IMG/VR virus record: IMGVR_UViG_3300033145_002422
Strand: one strand, 5' to 3'
Origin: a virus
Lineage: Duplodnaviria > Caudoviricetes
Length of the DNA: 64,000 nt
The notes beneath the pieces were generated by a model, which was not told the origin of the DNA, did no database searches, and worked only from the letters and a program-made list of their open reading frames with translations. Below are positions 46,389-56,150 of the stretch, piece by piece (position 1 is the first letter of the stretch; each line of letters begins with the position of its first letter). Both the position numbers and the translations under genes were made by a program.

Positions 46389-49300
46389 ATGATACAAAAG
46401 ATTTATTCTTATGAAGAGGTATATAATTCTACCTTGGAATATTTTAATGGAGATGAATTAGCGACAAAGGTTTTTATCAATAAATATGCACTAAGAAATA
46501 AAGAACAAGAGTTATTAGAGAAAAGCCCAGATGATATGCATTGGAGAATAGCTAACGAAATAGCTAGGATTGAAAAAGATAAGTTTAAAAATCCAATGAA
46601 TGCTGAAGATATATTTGAATATTTGAAAGGTTTTAAAAGGCTTATTCCACAAGGTTCTCCAATGAATGGGATAGGAAATCGTTTTCAATATACATCGTTA
46701 AGTAATTGTTACGTTATTGAGCCTCCTGTGGATAGTTACGGAGGAATTCATTTATCTGATGAGCAGTTAACACAGATTAGCAAAAGAAGGGGAGGTACAG
46801 GATTAGATATTTCTAATTTAAGACCGGATGGAACTCCAACTTCCAATGCAGCAAAAACTTCCACTGGTATTATACCTTTTATGGAGAGATTTTCCAATTC
46901 GATAAGAGAGGTAGGTCAATGTTTATATTCGTCGTCTATGATTCTTTTATCGAGAGGATTGACAAGAATTGATCGTGTTAATATTGGAGATAGTGTATGG
47001 ACAGAGAATGGGTGGGCTAATGTAGAGAAAGTGGTAAAAAATAAAAAAGATACTATTAAAATAAAAACCAAACGAGGTTTTGAAATTATTTGTAGTCGAA
47101 ATCATTTTTTGCATACTTCTGAGGGGGAGAAAAAAGCCATAGATTTTTCACATGGCGATAGTATAACGGCTATCGCAGGTCAAGAATGGTATGGTGAAGA
47201 AATAAATTTGGTTGTAGGATATAAAAAGAGCAATTATAACAATTCTAATAGACTTAATGAGAATGTAAAAGAACCTCATGTTCTTACTGCTGAATTGGCT
47301 TATCTTATTGGATATTCTTATGGTGACGGGTATGTTGGCAAACATCGTCATAATAAGTCCAACTGTTCGTTGGAACTCGCTTGTTCAAACCAATATCCAG
47401 AAATAATTAAAAAGTTACAATCTATTTTCAAAAATGAATACAATCTTGATGTTAAAGAATCCGACAGGTCTAACCGTGGAGATATGGTTTCGTTAAGAGT
47501 TTCGTCAAGGATGTTGTTAAATCATTTGGAACAAAATAATATTCTTAAGGAACATGCTGGTTGTTTAAAATTGCCTGAATGTTTATTTAAAGCAAAAAGT
47601 GAAGTCGTGTTTGGTTTTATAGCGGGATATTTCGATGCCGATGGGACTGCAATTGAATCAAAAAAAGTTTATAGATTTGCATCAATTGATAATCAATTTT
47701 TGAAAGATATTCAAAAGATACTTTTAGCATATGGAATTGTATCAACGATATATATACAAGATAGATCAAATATGGGTTGGCATAATATAAGTGCTTTGTC
47801 AATTAATGGTCGTAGAAATCAGGAAAAATTTTCAGAGCTTTGCAATCAAAGTGTCAAAGTTAATCATGCTAGATGGGTGCCAAAAGTAAGGGACTTTACT
47901 CGAACAATTTATAATACATCTGATTATACAACTAGAGCCAGTCGCCATGGATATATTATAGATGATAGACAGAAGATTTCTTATTCTACTTCGGAGCGTC
48001 TTTGTTCAGATTTACAAATTAGGGATTCATACTGCTTAATTGAAGATCAAATTGAATCGGTGGATGAGTTTGAGTTAAACAGCGATGTATATGACTTGTG
48101 TTTAGATCATACTCATTTTTTTAGTGCAAATGGTATATATGTTCATAATTCAGGTAGACGTGGCGCGTTGATGATTTCTATTTCAATTCATCATCCAGAA
48201 GTTTCAGAATTTGCTAAAATTAAGAGAGATAAAAAGAAGGTTACTGGAGCTAACATATCAGTAAGATTGTCTGACGAGTTTTTAAAAGCAGTTGAAGAAA
48301 ATAAAGAGTATGAGCAGCGATGGCCTGTCGATTCTAAAGAACCAGTTGTTTCTAAAATGGTTAATGCAAGAGAAATTTGGATGCAGTTTATAGAAAGTGC
48401 ATGGGATTGTGCAGAACCAGGTTTGCTTTTTTGGGATAGTATTATAAGAGAGAGTCCAGCAGATTGTTATCCAGGTTTCCAGACAGTCGGCACTAATCCC
48501 TGTGGCGAAATTCCGTTGAGTGCATTAGACAGTTGTAGACTTCTGGTTATAAATATATTCAATTATGTGAAGAATGCGTTTACGAATAAAGCAGAATTCG
48601 ATTACGATGCTCTTAGGAAGGATGCTATTATTGCTCAGAGATTTATGGATGATATTATTGATTTAGAGTTAGAAGCAATAGGTAAAATTATTAACAAGAT
48701 TAAAAGAGATCCAGAAGAAGACAGAATTAAACGAGTAGAATTGGAAATGTGGCAAAATATTAAAAAAGCATGTCAAAACGGAAGAAGAACAGGTGTTGGA
48801 ACTACCGCTGTTGGTGATACTATCGCAGCTCTGGGATTTAAATACGGTTCTACAAGATCGATAGAAGTTGTTGATGAGATATATAGAACTATTAAATTGG
48901 GATGTTATAGAAGTTCTGTAGATATGGCAAAAGAGTTAGGGGCATTTCCTGTATGGGATTTTGAATTAGAAAAAAATAATCCTTATTTATTAAGAATCAA
49001 AGACGATGATCAAGAATTATGGGATGATAATAAAAAATATGGAAGGCGTAATATATCCAATACGACGTTGGCTCCATCTGGAAGTGTTTCTTTATTATCT
49101 AGAACTACAAATGGAACAGAACCAGTTTTTAAATTGTCATATAAGAGAAGAAGGAAAATAAATCCTGATGAACAAAATACTAGAGTTGATTTTGTCGATG
49201 CCAGCGGAGACCAGTGGGAAGAATTTATAGTATATCATCCCAAGGTTAAGAATTGGATGAAAATAACTGGTGAAACTGATATAGAAAAATCTCCATGGTT

Positions 49301-50045
49301 TGGATGCTGTGCTGGCGAATTGGATTGGAAGAAAAGAGTAAAGTTGCAAGCTACGATACAAAAACATATTGATCATTCTATTTCATCTACTGTAAATCTA
49401 CCTAAAGAAGCTACGGTAGAAGATGTTGCTAAAATATATGAGGAAGCATGGAAGCTTGGATGTAAGGGCATAACTATTTATAGAGAAGGAAGTAGAGCCG
49501 GTGTTTTGGTAGATGAAAACGAATCAGAAATTATTGTAAAAACTTCTGCTCTTAAAAGACCCAAAAAACTCCCATGCGACGTTCACCATCTTACTATAAA
49601 GGGAAATCAGTATTTTGTTTTGGTTGGATTATTAAATGGAGAACCATATGAAGTTTTTGCGGATAAAAATGGAGTAGTTTCAAGAAGTATTAAAAAAGGA
49701 GAAATTATTAAAGTAAAAAGAGGGCAATATAAAGCTATTTTTGATAATGAATTTGAGCTTGATAATTTAACTGAGCATTTAGACGATATGGAAGATACCA
49801 TAACTAGACTTGTTTCTTCTAATCTCAGGCATGGAACCGATATAAAATTTTTGGTTCAACAGCTTGAAAAGTCTAAAGGCGATGTTTTGTCGTTTGAAAA
49901 GGCTATTGCAAGGGCTTTGAAAAAATATATTAAAGATGGGACTATTGTTACTGGAGAGGTTTGTGAATCCTGTAAAGGGACTAATCTTGCTAGACAAAAC
50001 GGGTGTGTTACTTGTATGGATTGTGGTTGGAGTAAATGTTCATGA
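46389..50045 (+). CDS. nrdJ: class II (B12-dependent) ribonucleotide reductase with intein
   Basis: LSNCYV, TNPCGEIPL, APSGSVS, KGITIYR, C-terminal Zn-ribbon GCVTCMDCGWSKC; no nrdB in window. Confidence 0.9.
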   Translation: MIQKIYSYEEVYNSTLEYFNGDELATKVFINKYALRNKEQELLEKSPDDMHWRIANEIARIEKDKFKNPMNAEDIFEYLKGFKRLIPQGSPMNGIGNRFQYTSLSNCYVIEPPVDSYGGIHLSDEQLTQISKRRGGTGLDISNLRPDGTPTSNAAKTSTGIIPFMERFSNSIREVGQCLYSSSMILLSRGLTRIDRVNIGDSVWTENGWANVEKVVKNKKDTIKIKTKRGFEIICSRNHFLHTSEGEKKAIDFSHGDSITAIAGQEWYGEEINLVVGYKKSNYNNSNRLNENVKEPHVLTAELAYLIGYSYGDGYVGKHRHNKSNCSLELACSNQYPEIIKKLQSIFKNEYNLDVKESDRSNRGDMVSLRVSSRMLLNHLEQNNILKEHAGCLKLPECLFKAKSEVVFGFIAGYFDADGTAIESKKVYRFASIDNQFLKDIQKILLAYGIVSTIYIQDRSNMGWHNISALSINGRRNQEKFSELCNQSVKVNHARWVPKVRDFTRTIYNTSDYTTRASRHGYIIDDRQKISYSTSERLCSDLQIRDSYCLIEDQIESVDEFELNSDVYDLCLDHTHFFSANGIYVHNSGRRGALMISISIHHPEVSEFAKIKRDKKKVTGANISVRLSDEFLKAVEENKEYEQRWPVDSKEPVVSKMVNAREIWMQFIESAWDCAEPGLLFWDSIIRESPADCYPGFQTVGTNPCGEIPLSALDSCRLLVINIFNYVKNAFTNKAEFDYDALRKDAIIAQRFMDDIIDLELEAIGKIINKIKRDPEEDRIKRVELEMWQNIKKACQNGRRTGVGTTAVGDTIAALGFKYGSTRSIEVVDEIYRTIKLGCYRSSVDMAKELGAFPVWDFELEKNNPYLLRIKDDDQELWDDNKKYGRRNISNTTLAPSGSVSLLSRTTNGTEPVFKLSYKRRRKINPDEQNTRVDFVDASGDQWEEFIVYHPKVKNWMKITGETDIEKSPWFGCCAGELDWKKRVKLQATIQKHIDHSISSTVNLPKEATVEDVAKIYEEAWKLGCKGITIYREGSRAGVLVDENESEIIVKTSALKRPKKLPCDVHHLTIKGNQYFVLVGLLNGEPYEVFADKNGVVSRSIKKGEIIKVKRGQYKAIFDNEFELDNLTEHLDDMEDTITRLVSSNLRHGTDIKFLVQQLEKSKGDVLSFEKAIARALKKYIKDGTIVTGEVCESCKGTNLARQNGCVTCMDCGWSKCS
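46920..48149 (+). mobile_element. intein (410 aa) with LAGLIDADG endonuclease in RNR
   Basis: VGQ|CLYSSS...ANGIYVHN|SGRRGA; LIGYSYGDG and IAGYFDADG. Confidence 0.93.
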
Positions 50046-50062
50046 TATAGAAAGGAAAATAT

Positions 50063-50656
50063 ATGAAAAATGAATATAGTTGTAACTGCGGGTCTATTGA
50101 TAGGTTAAAAATTAGAGTAAAAAAGCTTTCTGAAGATGCTATTTTGCCAAAGAAGGCTCATTCTGAAGACGCTGGTTTTGATATTTCATCTATAGATGAT
50201 GGGACTCCAGTATTTTCTGATGATGGTCATTTACTGTATATAGAATATAAAACCGGAATAGCTGTAGAGCCTCCTGTAGGATATTCTATAGAAGCTTTTC
50301 CAAGGTCAAGTATAAGTAGGTATGATTTGATTTTGGCTAATTCAATTGGATTAATAGATAATCCTTATCGTGGAGAAATTAAATTAAGATTTAAAGTTGT
50401 TGGTCGTCCAGGAAACAATAGCGTTCCAAAAATGGTGTTAAATAATAAAACGGATAAAATAATTATTTCAGGAGCAAAGGTTATTAATTTGGAAGAGGCT
50501 ATTTTTATTTTGAATAATAATTTTAATTTATACATTAAGGGAGATAAGATAGCTCAGCTTATCATAAGGAAAGACTTTTCTAATTTTGATATGATTGAAG
50601 TAGATAAATTAGGAGATACAGAAAGAGGAAGTGGTGGATTTGGTTCTAGCGGATAA
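50063..50656 (+). CDS. dut: trimeric dUTPase with internal insertion
   Basis: AGFDI, PRSS, GLIDNPYRGEI, KIAQL, ERGSGGFGSSG. Confidence 0.92.
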   Translation: MKNEYSCNCGSIDRLKIRVKKLSEDAILPKKAHSEDAGFDISSIDDGTPVFSDDGHLLYIEYKTGIAVEPPVGYSIEAFPRSSISRYDLILANSIGLIDNPYRGEIKLRFKVVGRPGNNSVPKMVLNNKTDKIIISGAKVINLEEAIFILNNNFNLYIKGDKIAQLIIRKDFSNFDMIEVDKLGDTERGSGGFGSSG

Positions 50657-50732
50657 TTTTTTCGGGATTATTTTGTCTGGCTTTCGTATATAGTTATGGT
50701 GTCTTAAATAGCTAAGTAGAAAGGAGACAATT

Positions 50733-51752
50733 ATAGAAACTAGATTTAAATGTCAATTCTGTGGAAAAAATCTTAAAGCTGAAGATAATTTATTGAAAGT
50801 ACAATGTCCTCATTGTAAAAATATTATAGAAAGATTTGAAGAATTACCAGAAAAAGAGCAGCAAAATAATATTATTAATTTTGCAGCAAATTATGTTCCA
50901 TCTTGGGGAACTAGTGTAATTATGCATTTAGCTTTATGTCTTATTATATTAATGGCTAGTTGGACTTCTGCTATGAAACCTCCGGATGTTGAATATACGG
51001 CAGATATAATTGTTAAAAAACAAAATAATATTGTTAGAAATGAAAAGAATAGTTCTTCCAGAAAAACAACGTATAGAAAAGTGAATAATACAGGTTCTTT
51101 TGTTTATAATAAATCGTTAAATCCGATTTCGGATTTATTTAAAAATGATCTTAAACCAGTAGATACGATAGGTATAGGTGGTGGTGGTGGAAGAGATTTT
51201 GGTGGGCTTGAGGGATGGGGTAAGGGAAGAGTAGGTAATGGAGATGATTCTTGGTTCGGAGAAGGAGGAGAGAAAAACCATAAGAATATAGTATATATAA
51301 TAGATAGAAGTGGTTCAATGACGGATACTATTATGTATGTGAAACATGAGTTGAAAAAATCTATAGGAAGTATGGATCTTTCTCAAAAGTTTTATATAGT
51401 TTTTTATTCTAGTGGTCCTTCGGTTGGAATGTCATCTGGGAAATTAGTTCCTGCTATAGAACAAAATAAAGAATTAGCTTATGGATTTATAGATTCTATG
51501 ATTCCACGTGGGCAGACTGACCCATCTGATGCTCTTAAAAAAGCTTTTCAAATGTCTCCGGATATTATTCATTTATTGACTGATGGCGATTTTGATCAAT
51601 CAATAATTTCTCTTATAGATAATTATAATAAAGATAAAAAAATACCAATCAATACCTATTGTTTTGTTTATACTACTGGAGAATATGTATTGCAGGAAAT
51701 AGCTCGTAAAAATGGAGGTTCATATAAGTATATTTCAGAATTAGATTTTTAA
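50733..51752 (+). CDS. Zn-ribbon + TM + vWA domain protein; probably starts at ATA 50733
   Basis: in-frame upstream CQFCG pairs with CPHC; SWGTSVIMH TM; IIDRSGSM MIDAS, LLTDG. Confidence 0.8.
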   Translation: METRFKCQFCGKNLKAEDNLLKVQCPHCKNIIERFEELPEKEQQNNIINFAANYVPSWGTSVIMHLALCLIILMASWTSAMKPPDVEYTADIIVKKQNNIVRNEKNSSSRKTTYRKVNNTGSFVYNKSLNPISDLFKNDLKPVDTIGIGGGGGRDFGGLEGWGKGRVGNGDDSWFGEGGEKNHKNIVYIIDRSGSMTDTIMYVKHELKKSIGSMDLSQKFYIVFYSSGPSVGMSSGKLVPAIEQNKELAYGFIDSMIPRGQTDPSDALKKAFQMSPDIIHLLTDGDFDQSIISLIDNYNKDKKIPINTYCFVYTTGEYVLQEIARKNGGSYKYISELDF

Positions 51753-51779
51753 AATAGTTTTTATATAATTTAGTTGACT

Positions 51780-51812
51780 AAAGGGATATCTAAAACAGGA
51801 TATCCCTTTTTT
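51780..51812 (+). terminator. intrinsic terminator
   Basis: AAGGGATATC-loop-GATATCCCTT + T-tract. Confidence 0.75.
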
Positions 51813-51873
51813 ATTTATAGAGGATTTTATCATTTTTTTCGATATAATAGTATATGTTATGGAGATTTAACTA

Positions 51874-53718
51874 ATGTCAGTTTCAAAAGATAATGTTTTA
51901 TTCATTTATAGAAATAATGATATAGATAGCTATAATTTAGCTATTTATTATCAACAAATTCATGGGCTGGATGATGATCAGCTTTTTGGTATAGATTGTA
52001 GCGATATAGAGATATTACCTAATGGTATTTCATTTGATAATGAAGTTTTTTTTCCTATAAGAGGATATCTGCCTTCACTAGAAGCTTTTCCAGGAGAGAG
52101 AATATGGGTTATAATACTTGGATATAACGTTCCTGGAGGTTTTTATGATGAAGATACTCATGATATAATTTCTTCTACTTCAAGAGTATCAAGAATACAT
52201 TGGGGATATGACAGGCAACAGAATAGTAAATTATATAATAGGGCTATATTTAAAAGATTTGATGAGACTGATGCAGATCGCGCTTTAATTGTTTCTAGAA
52301 TAGATGCTCCTACATATGAAGCAGCAAAAAATATGATTGATAAAGCATACGAAATGAAGAACCAAGCGTTGGCTAATGGAAGGTTTTTCTTTGATCCGTA
52401 TTCTAATTTTAATTCTGGTCAATCTCAGTATATAACAGATTTAACAGATTTTTATATTAATACTCTATTTGATTTAAATATGAAAGTTTGTTCTACAACT
52501 TTTATAAGTCCATATATAGATGTCGTTTTTCCTTATTTAAAACATGATTCATTTTATTGGGGATGGTTTACTGATAGAGCTACGGAATCTTTTTTCAAAA
52601 GCACAGATACAGAAAGAATATTTTTTTATAATGCAGATTTAGATAGTGCATTTACCGTAAAGAATACCGTAGCTGGTAATTTTTGTCCTTTAGCTATATT
52701 GAATGATTATGTTTCTGTTGCTGGTGCTATGTCTGACCCTGGCGAAGATGGTTTTTTAAGACCAAGACCATTTTTTGATGCATTATATCGTGGTGCTACA
52801 ATAGGGGAAGCTTATCTTTATAGTAATCCTTATTATAATTGGACGATGGCATTGTTTGGAGATCCATTGGTTCAAGTTGTTTTTTATAGCGACCCTCTTG
52901 GTGTTATATCTCCATATGGAGCAAGAGTTAGAATACCAGAAGCAGATGATAACAAAAAAGATTCAGATTATGTAGATCAGTCAGAACTTAATAAAGAAAT
53001 GACAATTGAATTGGCTCAAGCCGTTGCCTACTATATGGAGAAGGAGAATGAAGCGTCCAGCTTATTTAATTCTATGGTGTCGAGTGAAGACATTGGTTTG
53101 GAAGTAAAATTATTATATCCTACGTTAGATGTAGCAAGGCAAACAAATAGTAATACTAGATTTTCGAAATTTTACAAACCATCAAAGGACATGCTTACAT
53201 ACATGAGAGATGTTTTAATTCCATATGAAAATAATAAAGGTGCTAATTTGTTAACTGTAAATGATTATTTGTCTTATAAGGGATTAAAGATAAGTAGAAT
53301 ATTATTGCCCATGATTCAAAATATTGATGGAGGAATACTTACTGAGAATTTGTATACAGAAGGGTATTGGGAGTTAGAACATGTTGTATTTGATTTCACT
53401 CCTGAAGATTTTTTCTTTTATGTTACAGATTACAATTTTATTATACAAGTATCAACGGATGATATATTTTCAGATATAGTTTTAACAATAAATAGTTCAT
53501 CAAATAAATCTGGCTGGTATTTTGAAATAGAAGAAAATAGTTTTTCTCTCTTGCCAGCAACTGGTTTTCCTATTAACTATGTCGGTAGAAGAGTTTTATA
53601 TAAAAGTAAAGTTTCTGATTATTTAACAAGGGCTGAAATATATTATTTTAGGGTTATACAAACATATTCTTCTGGCACTAGCATACCTTCTGTTTATACC
53701 CAAATAATATATACATAA
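51874..53718 (+). CDS. TIGR03790-like domain protein
   Basis: LAIYYQ...VSRIDAPT...GATIGEAY...NW...FGDPL. Confidence 0.7.
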   Translation: MSVSKDNVLFIYRNNDIDSYNLAIYYQQIHGLDDDQLFGIDCSDIEILPNGISFDNEVFFPIRGYLPSLEAFPGERIWVIILGYNVPGGFYDEDTHDIISSTSRVSRIHWGYDRQQNSKLYNRAIFKRFDETDADRALIVSRIDAPTYEAAKNMIDKAYEMKNQALANGRFFFDPYSNFNSGQSQYITDLTDFYINTLFDLNMKVCSTTFISPYIDVVFPYLKHDSFYWGWFTDRATESFFKSTDTERIFFYNADLDSAFTVKNTVAGNFCPLAILNDYVSVAGAMSDPGEDGFLRPRPFFDALYRGATIGEAYLYSNPYYNWTMALFGDPLVQVVFYSDPLGVISPYGARVRIPEADDNKKDSDYVDQSELNKEMTIELAQAVAYYMEKENEASSLFNSMVSSEDIGLEVKLLYPTLDVARQTNSNTRFSKFYKPSKDMLTYMRDVLIPYENNKGANLLTVNDYLSYKGLKISRILLPMIQNIDGGILTENLYTEGYWELEHVVFDFTPEDFFFYVTDYNFIIQVSTDDIFSDIVLTINSSSNKSGWYFEIEENSFSLLPATGFPINYVGRRVLYKSKVSDYLTRAEIYYFRVIQTYSSGTSIPSVYTQIIYT

Positions 53719-53733
53719 ATATTTGAGGAGTCA

Positions 53734-56076
53734 ATGACTACTGTAAGTAATTATTTATCTGTATCTAATACAATTGGAAATATGTATCAAAGAGAAAAAG
53801 ATATAAAATCCAAGGTTGGTAATATTATTTCTATTATTTCTGATGCTCCGACAGGTATGCAGAATCCTACATCTAATGTTATTTTAAAAAATTATAATAT
53901 TACTGAAGACCAGTTTCAAAATGGAATAGATAATCCATATGATTTAATTAATTTGACAAAGAATTTGAATGAATCAGCTATGTCTGGTTTTGGTTATTTT
54001 ACTGTAGATGATTTCTTGGAAGGAGAGGGAATTAAAGTTATTAGTAATTATGCTGATGTTTCAAATATTATTGGAGGAATGCATTATATTAGTGAATCTA
54101 ATATAGGAGAAATATTTCCTAGATATTTGGCTGGTTATGATAATTTAATAGGATTATCAAGAAGTTTATCTAGTATACAAACAGTTTTAGATTATGCCGT
54201 TTTTCAAGGTTGCAATTCATATGTCTATTTAGTAGGTACTCATTCAACAGTTCCAGCTACAAGATTTGCTATGGATCAAGAATATGATGAAGCTACAGAT
54301 ACTTGGCCTATAGTGGAATTGTTGTTACAAGAATGCGAAGCAAGAGGAATAGATTTATGGTTAACTTTTTATGATCCTAGATTTTATGAACCTGGATATG
54401 TCGGGGTTGTAGAAGGCGAATTGGGCCTTTATGGATCTAATATGTGGTTTAAAAAATGGTTTGCAAGTCTTGCTAAGTTATCTGTTTTAAATCCAAGATT
54501 GAAAGGTATAATTTGGGATGATATCGGAGAATATGAATTTTTTCAAAAAACTAATGTATATTCATGGTTGGATGGAGATGGAGTCCCAATTCTTACAGTT
54601 GATTATTGTCGTGATTTGTATGAAGGAATAAAAGCAGAAAACGAAGCTTTTAAGATGTTGTGGGTGTGCTATGAACCGTATGACTATTGGACTCATGATA
54701 TATGGGCTGAGAGAATGCCATATACTGATGGTTTAGTTTATGCTATATATAGATATACAAATATTGCTGATGGACCAGTAGATCCAGTTCATGGAAACCC
54801 GATACCGTTTCCTTTATGGGCTGACATGACTCCTGAATATTTGCAGAAGATATATGATGAACAAAAAGAAACAATAATAAATAATTTACTTCTTCCATGG
54901 CAAGATTTTTGGTACTGTTTATATGTTAGTGGCACTTCCAGCGGAGGAGCGATGAGCGAGAGTATTCTCGAAGCTCAGATTGATAAGTGTATGACCGATA
55001 GAGATGTAGGTAGTATTTATTATTTTACAGTTAGACAAGATTCAGCTATGTATACAGATAGTTGTCTTTTTGGTGATAGCGGATTAGAATGTAGGAAAGG
55101 ATTAATTGTTAAAAGTGCGTTTGAGGAAACTGATTATGTTCCTTTATACGATTTATATGAACGTTGTAATGATACACTAGATAGTTTGCTCGATGGTAAA
55201 GACCCTTTAACTTCTATGAAGATATATTCTACGCAAATTAATCCCCCTTTAACAGGACCAGGATATGATGCTCCAGGAACATATGTAAGAAATACGGATT
55301 GTTGGATTAAAGATGTGAAGGGTTTAACCGCAATGTCTCCATATCATACTGGTTTCACTTGGGCTGGTGGTGCTAGGGCATGTACTTTAGTTACGCCTAG
55401 ACATGTAATTGGTTGTGCTCATAGTATGATGAGTATAGGTTTTTTGTTAAGATTTGTTGATAGAAATAATAATGTTTATATTAGAGAGATAGTAGATATA
55501 TGGGGAGGAGAATTTCTTTCCGGTGCTCCTGATCCATGTTTGTATGCACAATATAATATTAATAAGGATATTATGATTGGGTTGTTGGATGATGATTTAC
55601 CAAGTAATATAGAATATGTTTCAGTTTTTGCTAACGATATTGAAGATTATTTACCAGTTGTTCCTTATGAAGTGGCAACTGTTTCTATGATTGGCGCAGG
55701 TATTACACAAACTCACCCAGATAGAATGGCTAATGTTAGAAATACAACAAATATTCATGTTGATTGGGGTTTGTATGCATGTTCTTTAGGAATGTGCCAT
55801 TATGTCAATAGTTCTATTCCTTGGGATTCTCCTTTAAGAATACCTTTTTATAATTCTCCACAATCTGGGGATTCTGGAGAACCAGTATTTTTTATAGTTA
55901 ATAATGAATTAGTTTTAATATCTCATCATTATGGAGCTACTACTGGTCCTTCATATCATGATGTTATTGTAGGGATAAATTATGCTATGAAAACGTTAAG
56001 CGAAAGGCAGTTTCCACAATCACCTGTTTATACATTGACAGAATTCGATCTTACTGGTGCAGGAAAATTTCGGTAA
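53734..56076 (+). CDS. large protein: putative TIM-barrel/GH-like region + C-terminal trypsin-like serine protease
   Basis: TLVTPRHVIGCAH (His), KDIMIG (Asp), SGDSGEP (Ser); GIIWDD in middle region. Confidence 0.65.
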   Translation: MTTVSNYLSVSNTIGNMYQREKDIKSKVGNIISIISDAPTGMQNPTSNVILKNYNITEDQFQNGIDNPYDLINLTKNLNESAMSGFGYFTVDDFLEGEGIKVISNYADVSNIIGGMHYISESNIGEIFPRYLAGYDNLIGLSRSLSSIQTVLDYAVFQGCNSYVYLVGTHSTVPATRFAMDQEYDEATDTWPIVELLLQECEARGIDLWLTFYDPRFYEPGYVGVVEGELGLYGSNMWFKKWFASLAKLSVLNPRLKGIIWDDIGEYEFFQKTNVYSWLDGDGVPILTVDYCRDLYEGIKAENEAFKMLWVCYEPYDYWTHDIWAERMPYTDGLVYAIYRYTNIADGPVDPVHGNPIPFPLWADMTPEYLQKIYDEQKETIINNLLLPWQDFWYCLYVSGTSSGGAMSESILEAQIDKCMTDRDVGSIYYFTVRQDSAMYTDSCLFGDSGLECRKGLIVKSAFEETDYVPLYDLYERCNDTLDSLLDGKDPLTSMKIYSTQINPPLTGPGYDAPGTYVRNTDCWIKDVKGLTAMSPYHTGFTWAGGARACTLVTPRHVIGCAHSMMSIGFLLRFVDRNNNVYIREIVDIWGGEFLSGAPDPCLYAQYNINKDIMIGLLDDDLPSNIEYVSVFANDIEDYLPVVPYEVATVSMIGAGITQTHPDRMANVRNTTNIHVDWGLYACSLGMCHYVNSSIPWDSPLRIPFYNSPQSGDSGEPVFFIVNNELVLISHHYGATTGPSYHDVIVGINYAMKTLSERQFPQSPVYTLTEFDLTGAGKFR

Positions 56077-56113
56077 TGTTTAATGTATATAATATTAATG
56101 TAAAACTTATAAT

Positions 56114-56141
56114 TAAAGGTATTTTTTGAAATAATCGATAA
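56114..56141 (+). promoter_or_regulatory. sigma-28-like promoter upstream of terminase
   Basis: TAAA-N16-ATCGATAA vs FliA/WhiG consensus TAAA-N15/16-GCCGATAA. Confidence 0.55.
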
Positions 56142-56150
56142 TATTATACT

